Source: Epiperipatus broadwayi
Lineage: Eukaryota; Animalia; Onychophora
DNA length: 64,000 nt
Direction: 5' to 3'
Assembly (NCBI GenBank): GCA_028023455.1
Contig: JAQFVV010000005.1
Span: forward strand, 17,546,001-17,610,000
Shown: piece by piece, positions 56,849 through 64,000 of the stretch
How the letters are laid out: every line of letters begins with the position of its first letter
Numbering within the stretch: position 1 is the stretch's first letter
The notes under the pieces: generated by a model
The model's database searches: none
The model's input: the letters and a program-made list of their open reading frames with translations, nothing else
Told to the model about the DNA's origin: nothing
Program-made: the position numbers and the translations under genes

Positions 56849-56899
56849 CTCTAATGCTTCTATGGCTTCCTGACTCTTCCTTCGCTCAGATTCTTGGGC
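56849..56899 (-). CDS. Candidate isolated 51 nt internal coding exon (AQESERRKSQEAIEALE), gene unidentified
   Basis: It has an acceptor TTTGTTTTAG and a donor AG|GTAAGA, a length divisible by 3, an open phase-0 frame and higher GC than its flanks. No partner exons were found. Confidence 0.45.
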
Positions 56900-57382
56900 C
56901 TAAAACAAATACACAAATAATTCATAATAGTACAGTACTTTCCATTTTCAAAAAAGAAATCATTGTAATAGCGCCATCTATTATCAATCATAATCATTTA
57001 ATTTCTATTAAATACATATTAAAAAAAGACTATGCATTCCAATTCTGTAACTCAAAAATTTTTTCTTATGAGAATTTAATAAAATAACATCTTTATTAAA
57101 AGATAGACTACAACAGAATCCTTTACTGCATGAAGAGATCTTGAGATTATACAAAATAGAGATATCTTTTTAGTATTATATAAAAATTAGTAAAAGATTG
57201 CACTAGAAGATATAGCTGGGATCATCATCCAGTTTCTTTGAGATTCAGAATCTGTGATTCTAGCACTGTACTAAACCCTGCAAAAGTTTGAACACCAGAA
57301 GTGACACATTGCACTGAACTATGCACATCAAAATAATTTACTGCTTAGGAGTTCATAGGAAGTTCACATATCTGAAGTGAAA

Positions 57383-57443
57383 GATTGTAATCCATGAATC
57401 TTGAGGCCCAAACTCTATCACTTAACCACTACACTAAACAGGA
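57383..57443 (-). repeat. Decayed tRNA-like SINE head
   Basis: The minus strand has TAGTGTAGTGGTTAAG and a degenerate B box. Confidence 0.35.
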
Positions 57444-58682
57444 CATGGTTTTAGGATAATGAAACATTGAAACTGTATTTAATATTCCAGTTTTATGTCC
57501 TTTCATCACAATTTCACACTTCAAGAACCAAATCACCCCAGATCTCTCATTGTATCACTTTTCTCTCTGAAAATACATTGAAAATTTGTTCCATATTTTT
57601 ATCTTCATTATTAAGTACATTAAATTAAAAATAGAATCATTAGCTGCTTAGGAAGTTATGTCAGGTTTAAGCATAGAAAATTTTGATGGTTGAAACTCAA
57701 TATAAGAATTGTTAAACGTTGAATCCATCTTGCAATAAACTTCACAGAATTAACTCAAAGAATCTATATAAATCACAACGCAAATTTTTTACATATGTGT
57801 CTTATTATGAATAATAGGATGTCTCAATTGTTTTCTGATGATCATAATAGAATAAACATTATTTTTAAAAAACAAGAAAAACATCTTATAAAAAGTAAGT
57901 AAAATAGATTTCAAAATGCAGGGGATTATTTTAATTGAAGAGTATGCAAATCGGAAACTATTGCTAAGTTAATGGGCAGAACTTTTACAGTTGCTAATAT
58001 GAATGTTTACAAAAAAATATGACAAAGTTTTGGTGTGCTACGTGCAAAAAAAAATGTATACATATCAAAACTATTGAATAGGTGCTAAAATGTTTTATGT
58101 TATATAATAGAAAGCACACACATAATTTTTGTCAATTTAACTAAGTAGTTAAATAAATTTATGAATTAAAAAAAATAACTTTGGAAATATGATCATATGG
58201 CTATACATATCTAGTTATATGTTTACAAACTGCAATCATCATTATTTCAAGTGACAAATCTTAAACAGTTGACAAAGTAAACATTGTCAATAATGTCTCA
58301 AACATGAAAATATTGAATGTTTGTTCATAATTTGCTATCTTTAACCAGGTGTTCATCATGATCCCTTTCTGAATGTTCAATCAAGAATCTATAAACAAAA
58401 AATTATAGCATACAAATGTATTTTTTATGAGCTTCCAAACACTTTTTTTTGCCCAGATCCAAGAATAAAGGCAGTTGGATTTGATCTTCTTAAAGGTTAC
58501 TGGAGTCTCGTGAAACTCATAATTACTGTGTACATCTACTTATTAAATGGAATTTAACAGCTACTGATTTATGTACATATAAATACCACAATCATGAAAT
58601 ACATAATAAATGAGTGTTAATTTTTTACTAAGTTTCTTATAAAGTTGTAATTAATAATTTGTACAGTGCAATACTCATTACT

Positions 58683-58963
58683 GTAAGTAATATATATTAA
58701 AGCTACAATCTTAAGACTATGTGCCTAAAATGTGACAGTAGGGACCTCTACAAATCTAAACACAAGATTAACAACTTTAAAAGAGCAGCCACTCTTATCT
58801 TCGACCTAATTTCTAAATATATAGGTGAATTTAAAGCATTTTGATTTTGATTTGGAAATTAGATTGAAGATAAGAGTGACCGCACTTGTCTTTTAAAGTC
58901 GTTAATCTTGTGTTTAGATTTGTAGAGGTACCTACTGTCACATTTTAGGTGCATAGTCTTAAG
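58683..58963. repeat. Family B-related fold-back (arms 58710-58818 and 58850-58963)
   Basis: Reverse-complement arms containing GTAGGGACCTCTACA...CACAAG. Confidence 0.88.
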
Positions 58964-60460
58964 TTTCTTTATGTTGTTTTATTGTTAATTAAGCTGTTTT
59001 TTTTAAATCTATGCATTAAACAAATAAATTGAATTTCATATATAATTTTATTTTTAAAGGAATTAAATAATTTATGCTGACTGATAAAAATTATTATAAA
59101 AAAAAACCAAACATATATTTTAATATTGTAATAAAGTGATATTCAATGATTGTATGTTTAAAACATGATTGTCAAAATTTATTTTGCCAATTACATTAAT
59201 AAGTAAATTATTTAAGATTTATCCTTTTAAAGTATAATACTTTATAATTTATAATAGGATAAAAGATTTAATGTAATCAATGATCATCAATTAGTAAGAT
59301 GTACATAAATGGAAAGTTAGAAAGACAAAAGTTATTAAAAAACTAGTAACAACAGTCACTCTTAATCTTCAGAAGTAATCTAATAAATTGAAGCTAGAAT
59401 GCATAAATTATTATAAATTTTTAGATTTTAAAGGCAGCTCAGATTTGAATGAGATCAATAAGATATCAGTTAATTTACTAAAAATACTTATAGAGAATAA
59501 AATAAAACAAGCAAACAAAAAGCAGCTTTCTCTATTGAGACTAAACATCTGTTTTTCATTTAAATTAAACATAAGCATATAAAATAACTCAATTTCATCT
59601 GACTTTTTGCATGCCATCATTTTTAGATATATTTAAAATGTTTAATCCAATTCACATTGTTGAAATACATGAATGCAGACATCTGAAAAAAATAAATGAT
59701 ACCCAAGATGCATTATTTGCTGAATTAGTACTCTTAGTTGATCCAAATTACAACCACTTACATACGACTTCATCATTTGTTCAGTATTTATCAGTATCTC
59801 GGCTATACTAGAAATGATATGATAATCTTTAGCTTAATAATTAATTAATAATAATCATTAATTTTTTTGTCTGAAAATGGATTGTGTCAAATATGCACAT
59901 AATTAAATTGTAATAATATATTGTGACATGCGCAGCATCCATCGTGTATCAAATCATAAATAAATAAAACAATTACAAATTATTTATCTTTATATAATGT
60001 TAAATATAATTCATATTGAATAGTCAAATAAATTCAAATTTAGAATGAATGCAGCGTGCATGCATAATTTATTTAAGTTAAAATAAAATATTAACTGTAT
60101 AGTATTGAATAATAATAAACTTTGTAATGATTATAAAGAAATTCATGATTCACGAGCCAATTTAAAACAATGCATTGTTATCAGGTAACAGAAAAATCCA
60201 CTCAAAAAAAGAGCAAAAAATTTTTATTTTGGAAAGATTTTTATTTTATATGCTTTCCTTTAATATTTTGTGGATTTAAGATATGTCATAATGCATTTTG
60301 AGTAGCAATTACGAAGAAGAGGGTGTGAGCTCATTCAATATCAATAAGAATAAATGAAACAACAATAAAAGAATACTTATTTTCTAAGGTGGAGAATACT
60401 ATAGCTGAACCATTGAAGCGTTGAATGTTTGAATATTGATATGAATAGTAGTATTTAAAT

Positions 60461-60700
60461 CAGGCAAAATTCTCTATCAGTAGTGCCACTCAGTGCAAGC
60501 CAGAGTAATCAATGGATGCCAGAAAGCTTGTGCATAAAATCCCTATCTAGTGCCTACTCATCCAATATCTCCAGACTTGTTTCTGGCATCCATTGATTAC
60601 TCTGACTTGCACTGAGTGGCACTACTGTATAGAGAGTTTTGCCTGTTTTAATAACAGTTATGAGGAAGCATAAGAAATGTTGATCATGTGATGCTTAATA
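60461..60700. mobile_element. Family D fold-back (arms 60461-60525 and 60580-60645)
   Basis: Reverse-complement arms; the junction falls inside the HHR remnant at TTCTGGC. Confidence 0.9.
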
Positions 60701-61233
60701 GTAGTATTTAATAAAAAATAATAGCTGGATACTAGCTAGGGATAATGCCATGGAGACATACATCATCGTATATCATTATGGGAATGTTATGGAAAATAAG
60801 TGCTAGCATAAATAAATGATTTCTAAGAATTCCTCATTAAATTAACTCTTACTTTATCTTCAATATTTAAAAAGAATGATAATCTATTAATAGATATCTA
60901 TTTAAAATTCTTTCTTTTAAAATCTAAATTAACAATACAGTTTATTATATTATTCAATACAAACTTAATGAATGGATCAAGTAAGTAAGACTTGAATTGA
61001 TTAACATTAATATTTCTAATAAAATATGTAGTTAACATTTAAATTTTTATTCTGAGCATATGTAAGTAATTCGAATGAAAGCTTTATTTGATCTAAAAGA
61101 TATATTTTTTTCTGTGAAAGATTGTATATACTAACCTGATGTAACTGTGAATATACAAATTTAATAATATTTAAAGCATAGATTACAACTTAATAATTGC
61201 ATTATAATATCCAGAATAGTTATAATAATACAA

Positions 61234-61490
61234 TGTAATATTTACTGAGGCTATAACCTCGATAATATGCGTGTAAAATGCGATAGTAGGGACCTCTACA
61301 GGTGGTTTAACCACAAGCTTACGCTATGGAAAGTAGGTTGAAGTAAAGAAGGGTTTCCCTCTTTTCTTCCATAGCGTAAGCTTGTGGTTAAAACATCTGA
61401 AGAGGTTCCTACTATCGCATTTTACATGCAAATTATCGAGATTATAGCTTCAGTAAATATTACTTATGTAATCAATGTGCATTTAATAAA
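61234..61490. repeat. Family B fold-back (arms ~61234-61331 and ~61367-61463)
   Basis: Reverse-complement arms; the right arm runs on to AATAAA at 61485-61490. Confidence 0.9.
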
Positions 61491-62103
61491 TTAATAATAC
61501 AATGGATTATTTAAATTTATAATTGTTGAATTTAATTTTGTGTTAGTACCTAAATAAACTTATGTTTTATTATTAATCAATGCATCATTTGATTTACCTA
61601 TTCTATAAATTACCTTATAGGGTATTGATTCATATATTCCAAACTACATATTCACTAGATAATAAATCACTTATTTATTGAATTATTTATTTACCGAATA
61701 GTATACTTATCAATGCATAGTTTCAGTAGTACCCTTATAAATACATAAGTCTATTATGATATAGGTTATAACAGTAGTATATCTTGGATTCACATTTAAA
61801 ATAGCTATATAAATCAATGTACAAATTTGGTAATTACATAGCATTACTTTTGATCTTGTTGTCTTAAAATAGCATACATGGTTATCAATATGTTAGCTAA
61901 TCTTGAATAATGATTTATGATGATAAGATTTGTTTTAACTGAACCACAAAATCAGGATATCAGTAAAGTCATGCTATCTGGGCTATAAATTCTAATATAT
62001 ACTTTTTTGTAAATTATTGTTGCTGCCCAAATTTTAATAAGATACATTAATTTTCTATTAAATTTTGGTTGCCCAAGTATGGATTTTTTTATGAATAACT
62101 GTT

Positions 62104-62470
62104 TATATGTGTGATTCGAACTCAGACTTTCACACAACCCACTACTCTCAGTGCCATCTCATATTGCTGACCCACCTGATCACACACTTATTGAAAAGAT
62201 AAATAATCACCAATATATGTATTTCATGCTAAACCAGCAATCATCAGTTGGTCTAGATTACTATCCTCACACATAAATATAACCAGTGCTCAGCTTTATA
62301 TTAAGATAGCCAATCTTTTAGACCAACTGATGATTGCTGGTTTAGCACGAAATACATATATTGGTGATTATTTATCTTTTCAACATGTGTGTGATCAGGA
62401 GGGTCAGCAATATGAGATGGCACTGAGAGTAGTGGGTCGTGTGAACGTCTGAGTTCGAATCCCACATATA
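62104..62470. mobile_element. Fold-back HHR element with a terminal tRNA B-box-like motif (family H4), arms 62104-62255 and 62319-62470
   Basis: The ~152 bp arms are near-identical, and GAGTTCGAATCCCAC lies at the outer end. Confidence 0.9.
62322..62365 (+). ncRNA. Minimal type I HHR motif, variant core
   Basis: ACCAA-CTGATGA-T-TGCTG-GTT-TAGCA-C-GAAA-TACATA-TA-TTGGT, with a 5 bp stem I and an AUA triplet. Confidence 0.72.
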
Positions 62471-62647
62471 TTAATGTATAAATCCAGGTTTAAACCTGTG
62501 CAATGTATTAATAACTGTTTATATTTATTAAAAAGGGATGGTGGTTAATGAAAGCGAATTTATTTAAGTAAAACTAAAATAAACAATGACATTTTTATTG
62601 ATTCTGATGATCAATTTAAAATTATTGTTGGCCTTTTTATAAAAAGT

Positions 62648-62761
62648 CAAAATTTATAAAAAGATGCATTTTTTAAAAAAAATAATGAAAAAATATTTTT
62701 GTTTCAAAATTTATAAAAAGATGCATTTTTTAAAAAAAATAATGAAAAAATATTTTTGCTT
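62648..62761. repeat. 57 bp tandem duplication
   Basis: CAAAATTTATAAAAAGATGCATTTTTT...AATATTTTTG x2. Confidence 0.92.
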
Positions 62762-64000
62762 TCATATCTAATCCATTAATGATGTAAATATCTTCAGAGA
62801 ATCAAACTTTTTTAAAAGTATTAACTTTTTATGTATGTATAAAAAATACACGTAGAGACAAAAAAGAACTTACATAAATTAAAATTTCTAAAAGAAATGA
62901 AATTATTTAGATGTTTAGTAATAAAATTGGGAAGGCGGAAGTATATATACTAGCAAAAGAATTAATGGGCTTTATTAATTCCTTTTTTACACTGAGATTA
63001 AAATCAGATAAAAAAAAAACAAAAACAAAACATTTGTCAATAACTAACAAAATATAGGCTAGTCAAAAGATTATTATTATAAGTACACTAAATCGATTTC
63101 TGGCAATCTTATGAATGATTTAGATATACAATACCACAAAACTTTCAAACTCTTCACATATGAAAAAAAAAAAATCCCCAAAATACATTTCTGTCTGAAC
63201 CACCTATCATCATTTAGCCCAAAACTTTATCCTCCATATATCATTTCTATCACAGTTCAGTATTTACACATTAAAAATTATTTCATTTCAATTGATTGCA
63301 CTCATTCAATGATAACATATTTAGATAAATACATAAATGATTATTAGTAATCCTCTACTAAGCTAGAAATTATTGTTTAATTTGTAATCCTCATATAAAC
63401 TTAAAACTTAATTGAAGATTAATACATCAATTATTAAATACATGCATGAATATTATTCATTTAACTCTTACATTGTTTTTGAATCATGCATGATACTTTA
63501 GACATACTATGAAGCTTTCAATCTCTATATACGCTTAACACATAATCATAAAAACATATAAATAGGCAAATTATTGCCCAAGATGCATTTCAATCTGCTC
63601 TAATCCCCATGATTTAAGTTTGTGGACATGTTGGTAAAAGAAATGACAGCTGAAGAATTAAACTGGATCTCAAAAAAATTATTTAAAACTTAGAAAAATA
63701 CTGCATGTAGAGTGGATGAATCAGACAATCTTGCAACAGATTGATAATTGCTAACAAGGATGATGATTTATGAGTAGAATATGATTGGTTTCTTGGAAAT
63801 AGTTTAAAATGAAACTTCACTGATGATATAACTATGATCAGCAATTACCTTTCTGCATTGCTGTCTGGAATTAAGATAGACTTACAAAAATATCCAATAT
63901 AGTTAGTTACTTGCAAACTACTCTGACATTCAAACATCAAGCTGAAGATGAAACAAATTAATCCAGATTTTCATTTTAACTTACACAATTGAAAATTCAT

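Noticed and set aside
58345-58556. ~70-codon stop-free plus frame (VHHDPFLNVQSRIYK...)
   Set aside because: No recognisable family and no convincing donor; the length is within the chance range seen across this window.
61400-61440. HHR in family B (CTGAAGAGG at ~61407)
   Set aside because: Other copies read CTGTAGA, and no GAAA follows stem II.
17624-63347. Remaining 60-110 aa ORFs in the track
   Set aside because: They are low-complexity F/I/L/K/Y-rich translations typical of AT-rich non-coding DNA or overlap repeats; the exceptions are annotated as retroelement relics.

Overview
A very AT-rich, apparently CpG-depleted eukaryotic window, probably from an invertebrate; the species cannot be named from sequence alone. 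It has no convincing multi-exon gene, and almost all ORF-track entries are chance or repeat-derived. The window is a dense graveyard of retroelements. It holds two clear Penelope-like element (PLE) relics with GIY-YIG endonuclease motifs, several RTE/LINE fragments, a Ty3/Gypsy gag relic and five copies of a ~100 bp tRNA-Gly-like SINE, four with target-site duplications (TSDs). It also holds long (TAG)n and (TAA)n microsatellites. The most striking pattern is a set of at least six unrelated short repeat families carrying minimal type I hammerhead ribozyme (HHR) motifs, some intact and some decayed. Most sit in head-to-head fold-back palindromes whose 3' ends point outward. Two of these families also carry tRNA-like Pol III boxes, suggesting SINE/retrozyme chimeras mobilised by PLEs. 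All alignments were done by eye, coordinates may be off by a few bases, and no ribozyme activity has been shown.
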